A stretch of DNA of 64,000 bases, from contig JAAESD010000325.1 of NCBI GenBank assembly GCA_024229695.1, forward strand, positions 32,958 to 96,957, written 5' to 3'. The notes beneath the pieces are model-generated. The model worked only from the letters and a program-made list of their open reading frames with translations. It was not told where the DNA came from and did no database searches. This document shows, piece after piece, positions 38,198-47,234 of this stretch (position 1 is its first letter; each line of letters starts with the position of its first letter). The position numbers and the translations under genes were made by a program. This DNA comes from a bacterium (GTDB taxonomy: Bacteria; Krumholzibacteriota; Krumholzibacteriia; LZORAL124-64-63).

Positions 38198-39022
38198 ATG
38201 GGTAATATTATAGCAATAGTTAATCCTAAAGGCGGAAGTGGAAAGACAACAACAGCATTAAACTTGGCTGCAGGTTTAACCAGATATAGTGATATCTCTT
38301 CATCTTGCCTGATTATCGATATGGATCCGCATGGCTGTGCAACATCTTCATTACTGGGAAAGATGGACGGGGAAGTCCCTAGCAGAACTCTTTTTGACGT
38401 GCTCAGAGGAGCGATGACTCCTCATGATGGGGTAACCAGTACTGTTTATGACGAGAATATCGATTTGTTACCTTCATGTCCTGCGTTGGAGAGTATCTCA
38501 AGAACACATAAAGTGGATCGCTTGAAAAAAGTTACTGATGCCCTTTCAACATCGTATGGTTGGATCATAATTGATACACCTCCAAATATGGGGTTCTTAA
38601 CTCTTAACGCTTTAGTTACTGCTGATTATGTTATTGTTCCAACACAATGTACCGGCCTTGCAGTTTCTACATTGCAACAGGTTGCAGATACAATTGATAA
38701 AGTAAAAGAGCGCCAGAATGTTTGGTTACAGAACCTGGGTGTTTTGATTACCATGAAGGATGGTCGAACTGATTTACCTACTGATTTGCTTAAGCAGATT
38801 AAAAAAATATTCCCACGAAAATTATTTAAGACATTAATAACAAATAATATCAAAATTGAAGAGGCTCCTTCAAACTTTAATAGCATATATTCCTATGATT
38901 CAGGTTGCCTTGGTGCTTCGCTTTACCGTGATTGGGTAAAAGGGGAGCTGCAAAGAAAACACAAGGCTCTGGAGAAAAAGAAAAATGAGAAAATGGAAGA
39001 ATTAAATATAAGTCAGGTCTAG
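38198..39022 (+). CDS. ParA/MinD-family P-loop ATPase (orphan, no adjacent ParB) with a Lys-rich C-terminal tail
   Basis: Deviant Walker A AIVNPKGGSGKTTTALNLAAGL. Walker B IIIDTPP. C-terminal tail KHKALEKKKNEKMEELNISQV. SD GGAGG. Confidence 0.8.
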   Translation: MGNIIAIVNPKGGSGKTTTALNLAAGLTRYSDISSSCLIIDMDPHGCATSSLLGKMDGEVPSRTLFDVLRGAMTPHDGVTSTVYDENIDLLPSCPALESISRTHKVDRLKKVTDALSTSYGWIIIDTPPNMGFLTLNALVTADYVIVPTQCTGLAVSTLQQVADTIDKVKERQNVWLQNLGVLITMKDGRTDLPTDLLKQIKKIFPRKLFKTLITNNIKIEEAPSNFNSIYSYDSGCLGASLYRDWVKGELQRKHKALEKKKNEKMEELNISQV

Positions 39023-39669
39023 CGGACAAATGGATTATGTTCCATTTCTTCGCCAACTGATGTTGAAGGACCGTGCCCTGGATGGAGTGCGGTCTTTTCA
39101 TCTAAAGTATATAGCGTAGTGCGGATGCTATTTTCAAGAGTAGGGAAGCTTCCACCAGGCAGATCTGTTCTACCAACAGAACGAGCAAATATCAAATCCC
39201 CAACAATAACATTTTCAGGCAATTTGATTACAATATGGCCGGGGCAGTGTCCTGGGGTGTGGATCAGTTCGATATTGAGGCCGCCCAGTTCCATCAGTGA
39301 ACTTTCAGCGGAGAAGTACTCAACATCGGGATCATCCGTTCGAGGGAAACCATAAGTTGATTGAATTGACTGCATTGTTTCAATCAAAGGCTTACCATCT
39401 TCATGTGCAAGTAAAGGTAAGTTCCAGTTCTTCTGAATTGCAGCAGTCGCACCGATATGATCAAAGTGACCGTGAGTACAGATAATAGATTTTAATTCAC
39501 ATTTAGTTGCATCAATTGCACGAAGCAGAACATTTGGCTCATCACCTGGATCAACTAGAATTGCGGAGTTGTCTTCCGGGGAATGAATTATCCAGGCATT
39601 CATTTCAAGAGGGCCAACTGTAATACATTCGAGTTTCCAGCTCAGATGTTCTGATAAAGAAACTTTCAT
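39019..39669 (-). CDS. MBL-fold metallo-hydrolase (glyoxalase II-like)
   Basis: Metal-binding ICTHGHFDHIG and downstream HTPGHCPGH. ORF end overlaps the ParA-like stop (convergent). Confidence 0.8.
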   Translation of the reverse strand: MKVSLSEHLSWKLECITVGPLEMNAWIIHSPEDNSAILVDPGDEPNVLLRAIDATKCELKSIICTHGHFDHIGATAAIQKNWNLPLLAHEDGKPLIETMQSIQSTYGFPRTDDPDVEYFSAESSLMELGGLNIELIHTPGHCPGHIVIKLPENVIVGDLIFARSVGRTDLPGGSFPTLENSIRTTLYTLDEKTALHPGHGPSTSVGEEMEHNPFVR

Positions 39670-39711
39670 GTTTTCAGTTGGCCCTCTCAAATTTAGAAAC
39701 TAGTCTGTTCT

Positions 39712-41034
39712 CTATTTCTCATCGTCGTAATATTCACGACCCAGATGAGTAATCAGTTCTTCACCCATCATCCAACGCAGAGTATTTTTTAATTTCTTCT
39801 GTTGAATGAAAAGGTCATGCTCTGGTTGTAGCCCCTCTGGAGTAACTGGACTTTTCAGGTAGAATGAAAGCCATTCTTGAATTCCACCAAGACCAGCACG
39901 TTTGGCAAGGTCCAGGAATAGAGCAAGATCCAAGACAATTGGAGCAGCAAGAATCGAGTCTCTGCAAAGGAAATCGATTTTGATTTGCATTGGCATATTC
40001 AGCCAACCAAAGATATCGATGTTATCCCAGCCCTCTTTATTGTCACCACGAGGTGGATAGTAATTTATCCGAACCTTATGATAAAGATCGCCATAAAGAT
40101 CAGGGTATAACTCAGGTTGCAGGATATTGTCCAAAACGCTGAGCTTTGATTCTTCCTTGGTCTTGAATGACTCAGGGTCGTCAAGAACTTCACCATCACG
40201 ATTACCAAGGATGTTAGTTGAGAACCAACCACTCATTCCCAGAAGTCTGGCTTTGAAGCCAGGAGCAAGGATAGTTTTCATCAAAGTTTGGCCAGTTTTG
40301 AAATCTTTTCCCATGGTAGGGGAGCCAGTTTGCTTGGATAATTCCTCCAGAGCAGGGAAGTCTGCACTCAAGTTTGGTGCACCGTTTGCGTAAGGCACGC
40401 CCATCTTGATTGCTGCATATGCATAAATCATACTTGGAGCAATTGCAGGGTCATTATTACGCAAACCTTCTTCAAAAGCTTCAATGGATGCATGGACTTC
40501 ACTTTTTTCCATGAAGATTTCTGTAGAGCCACACCAGACCATTACCAATCTGTCACAGCCTTTATCCTTTTTGAAGTTCTCCATGTCAGCCATTAGCTGT
40601 TCCGCAAGATCCATTTTATTTGGACCGGATTTTACATGTGAACCTTCAAGCTTTTTGACATAGTAGTTATCAAAAACAGCTGACATAGGCTTGATTTGTT
40701 CCAGCTCAGGTTTCAGCTCATCAAGAAGTTTTTCTTCAAGAACGCCAGCATTCATTGCAGCATCATAAACAGAATCTTCAAAAATATCCCAGCCACCGAA
40801 TTCGATATCAGCAAGTTCTGTGATAGGGACAAAGTTCTTAATTAATGGTTGGTTGTTGTCTGTTCTCTTTCCAAGACGAATATGACCCATCTGGGTCAAG
40901 CTGCCAATCGGTAGACGAATCCCTTTTCGTACTGCAATTACACCAGCAATGAATGTTGTAGCAACTGCACCCATTCCCGGAGTCAGAATTCCCAGCTTGC
41001 CTGTAGCTGGTTTGACATTCAATCCGTTAGACAT
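39712..41034 (-). CDS. Inositol-3-phosphate synthase family (myo-inositol-1-phosphate synthase-like, NAD-dependent)
   Basis: Rossmann GILTPGMGAVATT. Motifs matching MIPS: ...MIYAYAAIKMGVPYANGAPNL... and NILGNRDG (compare MIPS SYNHLGNNDG). SD GAGGAG 6 nt before the ATG. Confidence 0.65.
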   Translation of the reverse strand: MSNGLNVKPATGKLGILTPGMGAVATTFIAGVIAVRKGIRLPIGSLTQMGHIRLGKRTDNNQPLIKNFVPITELADIEFGGWDIFEDSVYDAAMNAGVLEEKLLDELKPELEQIKPMSAVFDNYYVKKLEGSHVKSGPNKMDLAEQLMADMENFKKDKGCDRLVMVWCGSTEIFMEKSEVHASIEAFEEGLRNNDPAIAPSMIYAYAAIKMGVPYANGAPNLSADFPALEELSKQTGSPTMGKDFKTGQTLMKTILAPGFKARLLGMSGWFSTNILGNRDGEVLDDPESFKTKEESKLSVLDNILQPELYPDLYGDLYHKVRINYYPPRGDNKEGWDNIDIFGWLNMPMQIKIDFLCRDSILAAPIVLDLALFLDLAKRAGLGGIQEWLSFYLKSPVTPEGLQPEHDLFIQQKKLKNTLRWMMGEELITHLGREYYDDEK

Positions 41035-41138
41035 ATCTCGCTCCTCGATTTAAATCTTGATTCACCTAAAATATGGTGAAATCAGCAGTTCAGAATCAAA
41101 TAAAGTGATTCTGAGAAATTTGATAACAGTAATGTTTC

Positions 41139-41163
41139 ATGCAGAAAATTACCTTTTCTGCAT
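41139..41163. promoter_or_regulatory. Perfect 10-bp inverted repeat ATGCAGAAAA-N5-TTTTCTGCAT in the divergent MIPS/DegT promoter region
   Basis: Direct inspection. Arms are exact reverse complements. Lies in the 327-bp AT-rich region between divergently transcribed genes. Confidence 0.4.
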
Positions 41164-41361
41164 AAGAACGCAAGTGTAATATTGGACTAAATGAAAGATT
41201 AGTTTCTTAGTCAAGCATAAAATTGACAATTAGTGTTTCTTGGTTCACTAAACAAAGAATAAAATTTGTCATTTAAGCTATTTTCAGCTAAAGTGGGTAT
41301 TGTCCATGACGATATATGTAAGGTGTTTCAGAAGATACCTAACAAAAACAGGAGTTCGCCC

Positions 41362-42447
41362 ATGTCAATAACAGTCCCATTTATGGATCTTAAAGCTCAG
41401 GTAGCACCACTACGATCTGAAATCGATGCAGCAATCAAAGATGTAGTTGATAACACTGCCTTTATTCTTGGACCAAGACTCGAAAATTTTGAGAAGAATT
41501 TTGCAGACTACTGTTCAACTCTTCATTGTGCTGGTGTAGATTCAGGAACACAGGCATTGCACTTGATACTTAGAGGACTGGGTATTGGGCCTGGCGACGA
41601 AGTTATAACGGTCCCTAATACGTTTATTGCGACAATTGAAGCAATTGTTTACACAGGTGCAAAGCCGGTTTTTGTTGATGTAGATCCTGACACGTGGTTG
41701 ATGGATCCGATAAAACTAGCTGATGCAATTACAGATAAAACAAAAGCAATTCTTCCAGTTCATCTCTTTGGACACCCAGTTCCTTTTGACGAGATTAAAG
41801 CTGCAGCAGGTGATATCCCAGTTATCGAAGATGCTTGTCAAGCTCATGGCGCGAGATATAAAGGCAAGAGAATAGGTTCTCTTGGATTTGCAGCTGCATT
41901 CAGTTTTTACCCAGGTAAAAACCTAGGTGCTTTTGGTGATGGAGGCGCTGTAGTATCAAATGACATGAAGTTAAAAGAATTTATCGACAGTGTTCGTCAT
42001 CATGGGCAAGGTGCAAAAAACTTACATGATAGTATTGGACACACTGCTCGTCTTGATTCTTTGCAGGCAGTTATTCTGGATATAAAATTAAAGCAATTGG
42101 ATAACTGGAGTGCCATGCGTCGAAATAACGCTGCATTATATAAAGCAAAATTGCAGGGATCGTACAGGATGCCTGAATTGGTTGCAGAGACTGAAGCTGT
42201 ACACCACTTGTTCCCAATTCAGTGTGAAGACCCGGAAGGGACAATTGCGATGTTACGCGAAAATGATGTTTTCTGTGGAAGACATTATCCAATTTCCTGT
42301 AACTTGCAGCCTGCATTAAAAGGTATAATTGATGACAAAGCCAGCTTCCCAGTTTCGGAAGGACTTTGTTCAGGAATCGTTTCTCTACCAATGTTTGCAG
42401 AATTAACTGAAGAAATGGTAGACAGGGTGTGTGAACTTCTGCTATAA
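41362..42447 (+). CDS. DegT/DnrJ/EryC1/StrS-family PLP-dependent sugar aminotransferase
   Basis: Start at the ATG after AGGAG (the track extends upstream). PLP-lysine motif SFYPGKNLGAFGDGGAV. N-terminal FILGPRLENFEK. Confidence 0.85.
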   Translation: MSITVPFMDLKAQVAPLRSEIDAAIKDVVDNTAFILGPRLENFEKNFADYCSTLHCAGVDSGTQALHLILRGLGIGPGDEVITVPNTFIATIEAIVYTGAKPVFVDVDPDTWLMDPIKLADAITDKTKAILPVHLFGHPVPFDEIKAAAGDIPVIEDACQAHGARYKGKRIGSLGFAAAFSFYPGKNLGAFGDGGAVVSNDMKLKEFIDSVRHHGQGAKNLHDSIGHTARLDSLQAVILDIKLKQLDNWSAMRRNNAALYKAKLQGSYRMPELVAETEAVHHLFPIQCEDPEGTIAMLRENDVFCGRHYPISCNLQPALKGIIDDKASFPVSEGLCSGIVSLPMFAELTEEMVDRVCELLL

Positions 42448-42567
42448 TAGTGCAAGTTACGTCACCAAAGTTACTATCGAAATGATAGTTGGGAAGGGAG
42501 CATATGAGCATAAGCTAACGCGTTTCCGTTGATTTACAACAACTCTGTATACAGAGGAGATAAGACA

Positions 42568-43290
42568 ATGAAGGAAGACGCGGTAGTTTACTCCACCGTT
42601 GCTAACAATGTAACTTCTGCTCAGCCGGCATTATATGTCGTAGCTGATGCATCGCGAATCCACAGTTTTCAAGGAAAATTTAAAAGAGCATTTGATGTTG
42701 TTTGTGCTTTAACGGCTATGATTCTGTTGTCGCCGTTTTTTGCTTTGCTATCTTTTCTTGTCAAGCAGTCCAGTTCTGGCCCTATCCTTTTTACACAGGA
42801 AAGAATAGGTAAAGACGGCAGACCATTTGATTTCTATAAATTCAGAACTATGATCCATAACAGTGACGATGCTATTCACAGACAGTTTGCATCGATGTTT
42901 ATCTCTGGTGGAATTGAAGATGATTGTAACGACGATAAATTTAAAATTTCAGCTGACCCTCGTGTTACTAAAATTGGCGCCTGGCTACGAAAGACCTCGC
43001 TTGATGAGTTGCCCCAATTTTTTAACATTCTAAGGGGTGACATGTCTTTTGTCGGTCCACGTCCGCCAATCAGATATGAAATAGAACAATATCAGCCTCG
43101 TCACCATGAGCGGCTTCGAGTTACTCCCGGGCTTACTGGCCTCTGGCAAGTAAGTGGCAGGAGTTCAGTCTCTTTTGAAGAAATGGTGCGGCTTGATATT
43201 CATTATATCAACAACTGGTCATTCTTTGAGGATTTCAGAATAATCTTCAAAACAATTCCTGTAGTAATTAAGGGAACTGGTGGTTGTTGA
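42568..43290 (+). CDS. Small monotopic phosphoglycosyl transferase (bacterial sugar transferase, PglC/WbaP-C type)
   Basis: SD GAGGAG 8 nt upstream. N-terminal re-entrant helix AFDVVCALTAMILLSPFF. Motifs DELPQFFNILRGDMSFVGPRP. Confidence 0.85.
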   Translation: MKEDAVVYSTVANNVTSAQPALYVVADASRIHSFQGKFKRAFDVVCALTAMILLSPFFALLSFLVKQSSSGPILFTQERIGKDGRPFDFYKFRTMIHNSDDAIHRQFASMFISGGIEDDCNDDKFKISADPRVTKIGAWLRKTSLDELPQFFNILRGDMSFVGPRPPIRYEIEQYQPRHHERLRVTPGLTGLWQVSGRSSVSFEEMVRLDIHYINNWSFFEDFRIIFKTIPVVIKGTGGC

Positions 43291-43403
43291 CAACCAGACC
43301 GTAAAAGCCTAATTTCGGTCAATAAATTCAATGTAACTTAAGTTGTTTCACTAATGAGCCGCTGAAAGGCGTGCCAAACGCTCGTAATGGGCAAGGGGAT
43401 ATC

Positions 43404-44426
43404 ATGTCAACAAAAATGGCTGCAATCGGTTGTGGATATTGGGGACCTAACTTGATCCGTAACTTCAACTCTCTCCCAGATGTTGAACTCGCCACGATTT
43501 GCGACCTTGATGAAGAGCGACGCAACCATATGTCAGTTCTCTATCCAGATATTACTGTGACAGATGACTACATGACTATTATCAACGATGCATCTATTGA
43601 AGCAGTTTCAGTTGCCACGCCAGTAACAACTCACTTTCCAATAGGCAAGGCTGTACTTGAAGCTGGGAAGCATTTATTTATCGAGAAGCCAATGTGCGCC
43701 AATGCAGAAGAATCTCGTGAATTGGTGCGAATTGCTGAAGAAAAGAATCTTCAGATTATGGTCGGACATATTTTCTTATTTGTTCCTGCGGTTAGAAAAG
43801 TTAAAGCACTTATTGAGTCAGGTGATTTGGGCGATATTCATTATGTAAATATTCGTCGCCTCAACCTGGGTATCTTCCAAAAAGATGCAAATGTAGTTTG
43901 GGATCTGGCTCCTCACGATATAGCGATGCTTAATTATCTATTCGATGAAGCACCTTTAACTGTAAGTGCAACTGGTAAATGTTATGTCCAAAAAGATAAA
44001 GGTATTGAGGATGTAGCTTTTCTAACTCTTGAATATCCAAATAATAAAATTGTTAGTATTCATGTAAGCTGGCTCGACCCTGACAAAATCAGAGAATGTA
44101 CTTTTGTTGGTAGTAAACAGATGCTCGTTTATGATGATGTCTCTATGAGTGAGAAGATCAAAATCTTTGATAAGGGTGTTGATGTTATGCCTCATTACGA
44201 TGATTACAGCGGATTCCATCTTGCTTATCGTCATGGTGATATAGTCATCCCCAAAATTGATCAGGCTGAGCCGCTGAAAATTGAGTGCGCTCATTTTATA
44301 GATTGCATAAATGGAAAAGCAACTCCACTTAGTGATGGGATAATGGGTCTGCAAGTAGTAGAAGTACTTGAAAAAGCCTGTATCTCAATAAAAGAGGGTG
44401 GATGTCCTCAACAACTTGGTGGCTGA
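43404..44426 (+). CDS. Gfo/Idh/MocA-family NAD-dependent oxidoreductase (sugar nucleotide dehydrogenase, WbpB/GnnA-like)
   Basis: Rossmann MAAIGCGYWGPNLIRN. Family-typical EKP motif (FIEKPM). Confidence 0.8.
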   Translation: MSTKMAAIGCGYWGPNLIRNFNSLPDVELATICDLDEERRNHMSVLYPDITVTDDYMTIINDASIEAVSVATPVTTHFPIGKAVLEAGKHLFIEKPMCANAEESRELVRIAEEKNLQIMVGHIFLFVPAVRKVKALIESGDLGDIHYVNIRRLNLGIFQKDANVVWDLAPHDIAMLNYLFDEAPLTVSATGKCYVQKDKGIEDVAFLTLEYPNNKIVSIHVSWLDPDKIRECTFVGSKQMLVYDDVSMSEKIKIFDKGVDVMPHYDDYSGFHLAYRHGDIVIPKIDQAEPLKIECAHFIDCINGKATPLSDGIMGLQVVEVLEKACISIKEGGCPQQLGG

Positions 44427-44513
44427 TAATGTGCAAATCTTTGTTATGACAAAGATTTAGTTTGACACTGGAGTGAGGATTTATATCATTACAGTTCGCA
44501 AACAAACTGCGAT

Positions 44514-44589
<76 letters not shown>

Positions 44590-44595
44590 TTTAGA

Positions 44596-44628
44596 AGAGG
44601 AGGATATATTATCCTCCTCTTTTTTATT
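44596..44628 (+). terminator. Rho-independent terminator after tRNA-Gly
   Basis: AGAGGAGGATA / TATCCTCCTCT 11-bp stem, 3-nt loop, followed by TTTTTTATTT. Confidence 0.8.
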
Positions 44629-44679
44629 TCTGAATCTTGACTTTACAATGCTGATGCTTCATTCTTAAGAACCTGTTAA

Positions 44680-44755
44680 GGCGGCATAGCCAAGTGGTAA
44701 GGCGACGGTCTGCAAAATCGTTATTTCCCCAGTTCGAGTCTGGGTGCCGCCTCCA
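44680..44755 (+). tRNA. tRNA-Cys (anticodon GCA)
   Basis: Acceptor GGCGGCA/TGCCGCC, anticodon loop CTGCAAA, TPsiC GTTCGAGTC, CCA encoded. Confidence 0.85.
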
Positions 44756-44837
44756 GTTCATACACCGGCATCGTCGGTGTTTTGTTTTGTGACAAATATT
44801 GACTTTTTACATTTTCTGAAGCAAAATTCTTCTGTGT

Positions 44838-44925
44838 GCCGGGGTGGCGAAATTGGTAGACGCAAGGGACTTAAAATCCCTCGATCCGTTGGATCGTGCC
44901 GGTTCAAGTCCGGCCCTCGGCACCA
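44838..44925 (+). tRNA. tRNA-Leu (anticodon TAA), long variable arm
   Basis: Acceptor GCCGGGG/CTCGGC, anticodon loop CTTAAAA, long extra arm, TPsiC GGTTCAAGTCC, CCA encoded. 88 nt. Confidence 0.85.
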
Positions 44926-44955
44926 GATACTTTAGTTTGTTAAAAGGAGCAACAT

Positions 44956-46101
44956 TTGCGAATCGCTTTTCTGTCAATCGGCAGACACATTCACACCGAA
45001 AGATGGATACAGTGGTTTGCGAAAAGAGGGCATGAGTGTCACTTGCTTACTGTACAACCTGGTGATATAGAAGGTGTGGAAGTGCATGACATACGATCGA
45101 TTGCTCGTCCCAAGCCTTTACATTATGCAATTTCACTCATAAAAGTTAAATCGATTTTAAAAAATATTAACCCTGATATTCTGAATACTCATTTTTTAAC
45201 TGGCTATGGATATTGGGGGCACTTTTCAGGAATACATCCCAATGTGCTTACTGTCTGGGGCGATGATGTTTATGTAACTCCATATGAAAATAAATTGAAA
45301 AGAAAATTAGCAGAAACTGCTATGAAGTCTTGCGACGCATTGACTGGAGACTCAGTTGACATACTCCAGCAATCGGTTAGAGATCTGGGTACAAATCCAG
45401 ACAGGGCTTATAGAGTTTTATGGGGCGTCGATTTTTCTGTATTCAAGCCTCTTGATGCTTCAAGCTGGCGCAAGAAACATGGATATTCAGAGAATGACAT
45501 AATTTATTTTTCACCTCGGAGTTTCACTCAGCCTTATTATAATATTGATGTAGTTATCGAAGCTGCCAAAATAGTAAAATCAAAGGAACCAAGAGCTCGA
45601 TTTCTATTTGCTGGCTATGAGGGAGACCCTGCTCCTTTCTGGAAAATGGCAACCGAAGCTGGTATCAGCGATGTGTCAAAGTTCATGGGCAGAATTCCAC
45701 ACTCAGATTTTGCCACAGTACTTGCTGGAAGTGATGTCTTTATCTCTGTTCCTTCAGTTGATGCAACTGCTGTGAGCCTCCTCGAAGCAATGTCATGCTC
45801 ATCTGCAATTATTGTATCAGATTTGCCATCCTCTGTGGAGTGGGTTGAAAATGGTATTTCTGCAAAAGTTGTTCCGCCTGAAAATGTGGAGACGCTTGCA
45901 GTTGCCATGCTTCAGTATGCTGATGACCCAGCATCTCGTACTGCTTTTGGAGCTGCAGCAATGCATTATGCTCACAAGGTAGCCGGATTTGATGCTAATA
46001 TGGAATATGTGAATAAAATATTCAGTGCGCTTGTTGAAGAGGATGAATGCTGGCCAGAAGAAGTCCTATTGGCGAATTGCAGGTCCTCAGATGTCGATTA
46101 A
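44956..46101 (+). CDS. Glycosyltransferase family 4 (GT-B, retaining)
   Basis: TTG start 6 nt after AAGGAG. C-terminal E-x7-E-like region LLEAMSCSSAIIVSDLPSSVEWVENG. Confidence 0.75.
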   Translation: MRIAFLSIGRHIHTERWIQWFAKRGHECHLLTVQPGDIEGVEVHDIRSIARPKPLHYAISLIKVKSILKNINPDILNTHFLTGYGYWGHFSGIHPNVLTVWGDDVYVTPYENKLKRKLAETAMKSCDALTGDSVDILQQSVRDLGTNPDRAYRVLWGVDFSVFKPLDASSWRKKHGYSENDIIYFSPRSFTQPYYNIDVVIEAAKIVKSKEPRARFLFAGYEGDPAPFWKMATEAGISDVSKFMGRIPHSDFATVLAGSDVFISVPSVDATAVSLLEAMSCSSAIIVSDLPSSVEWVENGISAKVVPPENVETLAVAMLQYADDPASRTAFGAAAMHYAHKVAGFDANMEYVNKIFSALVEEDECWPEEVLLANCRSSDVD

Positions 46102-47032
46102 AATCTCAGTCATAATTCCGACATATAATAAAGCAGATTTGCTGCAAAGGACTCTTGTGGCATTGTCGAAACAGAATTTGGATTACTCTCAATGGCAAAT
46201 TGTTGTGGTTAATGATGGGGCAACTGACAATACTGCCGATATCCTGAAAACTTTCTCGGAGGACTGGGATGGTAATATTGAGATCGTAAAGCCTGACTTC
46301 AATTTGGGCAGGGCAAAAGCTCGCAACCTTGGAGCAGACGCAGCCTGTGGAGAGTATTTACTGTTTTTAGATGACGATATTGTTGCACCGGCAAATCTTT
46401 TGTACAGTCATTTGGCTTTACTTGATGCGGTTGGGGGATTTGGTGTTGTTGGAAAGATTGTTACTTCATCTGATCTGATTGATGCTCCACATTTTCACTA
46501 CATCGATTCCAGAGGTGTTGCAAAAATTGAAACTGGATTCGTCCCGGGGAAATATCTTGTAACTCAAAATTGTTCCCTGCCACGCGAGTTATTTAAGAAG
46601 GTTGGCGGATTTGATGAGGAATTTATCGCCTACGGTTTTGAAGATATGGATTTGGGTATCAAGCTTTGCGACGCAGGGCTGAAGTTCAGGCTGTTGGATA
46701 ACCCGGTACCAATTCATGTTCACCATCATACATTGAATCAATACCTTGAGAAAAAAAGGGAGTGCGGGGCAGAGTCACTGGAGCTTGTTGCTGAAAAACA
46801 CCCTGGAAGTATTGAAGACATGAGGCTTGATTGGGTTCTTGATAGGAGGCCTGGCTTTTTCGTGAAAATATTCAGATACCTATCCACCTCCATTTTCTAT
46901 CAATACTCAATTTCTGTAGCAATGAAGTGGCCATCCAACTCCTCACAGAAGCCAATATTTGAATCTGTTTATTGTAAACTTATGGATTTTCTTGTAATGG
47001 CTTCATTTTACCGAGGATACTTGTCATACTGA
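46091..47032 (+). CDS. Glycosyltransferase family 2 (GT-A)
   Basis: ISVIIPTYNKADLL N-terminus and DxD LFLDDDIV. Start ATG overlaps the GT4 stop. Confidence 0.8.
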   Translation: MSIKISVIIPTYNKADLLQRTLVALSKQNLDYSQWQIVVVNDGATDNTADILKTFSEDWDGNIEIVKPDFNLGRAKARNLGADAACGEYLLFLDDDIVAPANLLYSHLALLDAVGGFGVVGKIVTSSDLIDAPHFHYIDSRGVAKIETGFVPGKYLVTQNCSLPRELFKKVGGFDEEFIAYGFEDMDLGIKLCDAGLKFRLLDNPVPIHVHHHTLNQYLEKKRECGAESLELVAEKHPGSIEDMRLDWVLDRRPGFFVKIFRYLSTSIFYQYSISVAMKWPSNSSQKPIFESVYCKLMDFLVMASFYRGYLSY

Positions 47033-47171
47033 CAATAGTATGACATAATGCTGTCAATATGACGCATGTTCCCACTTACAATCAGTAATGACAAATTGTC
47101 TTCCATTGCTGAAACTTTCTAACATCTTGCGATTCCATATGTTACAGAATACCCTTTGTTAGGGCATAGTA

Positions 47172-47190
47172 CTTGTATTGTAAATACAAG
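47172..47190. promoter_or_regulatory. Inverted repeat CTTGTATT-GTA-AATACAAG in the dnaK promoter region (candidate heat-shock operator)
   Basis: Direct inspection. 8-bp perfect arms about 45 nt upstream of the dnaK ATG, immediately upstream of a TGTGTAATT extended -10-like element. Confidence 0.3.
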
Positions 47191-47234
47191 CAATTCATGT
47201 GTAATTGACACTTTAATTTACAAGGAGCCTCAAA

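Noticed and set aside
42071-42511. 146-aa minus-strand ORF
   Set aside because: Antisense to the 3' end of the DegT aminotransferase gene.
44744-45035. Two overlapping 63-aa plus-strand ORFs
   Set aside because: They overlap tRNA-Cys and tRNA-Leu, which fold into canonical cloverleaves, so they are artefacts.
47033-47234. CIRCE (HrcA) element or sigma-32 promoter upstream of dnaK
   Set aside because: No TTAGCACTC-N9-GAGTGCTAA was found. CTTG...CCATAT pieces exist, but their spacing does not fit the sigma-32 consensus.
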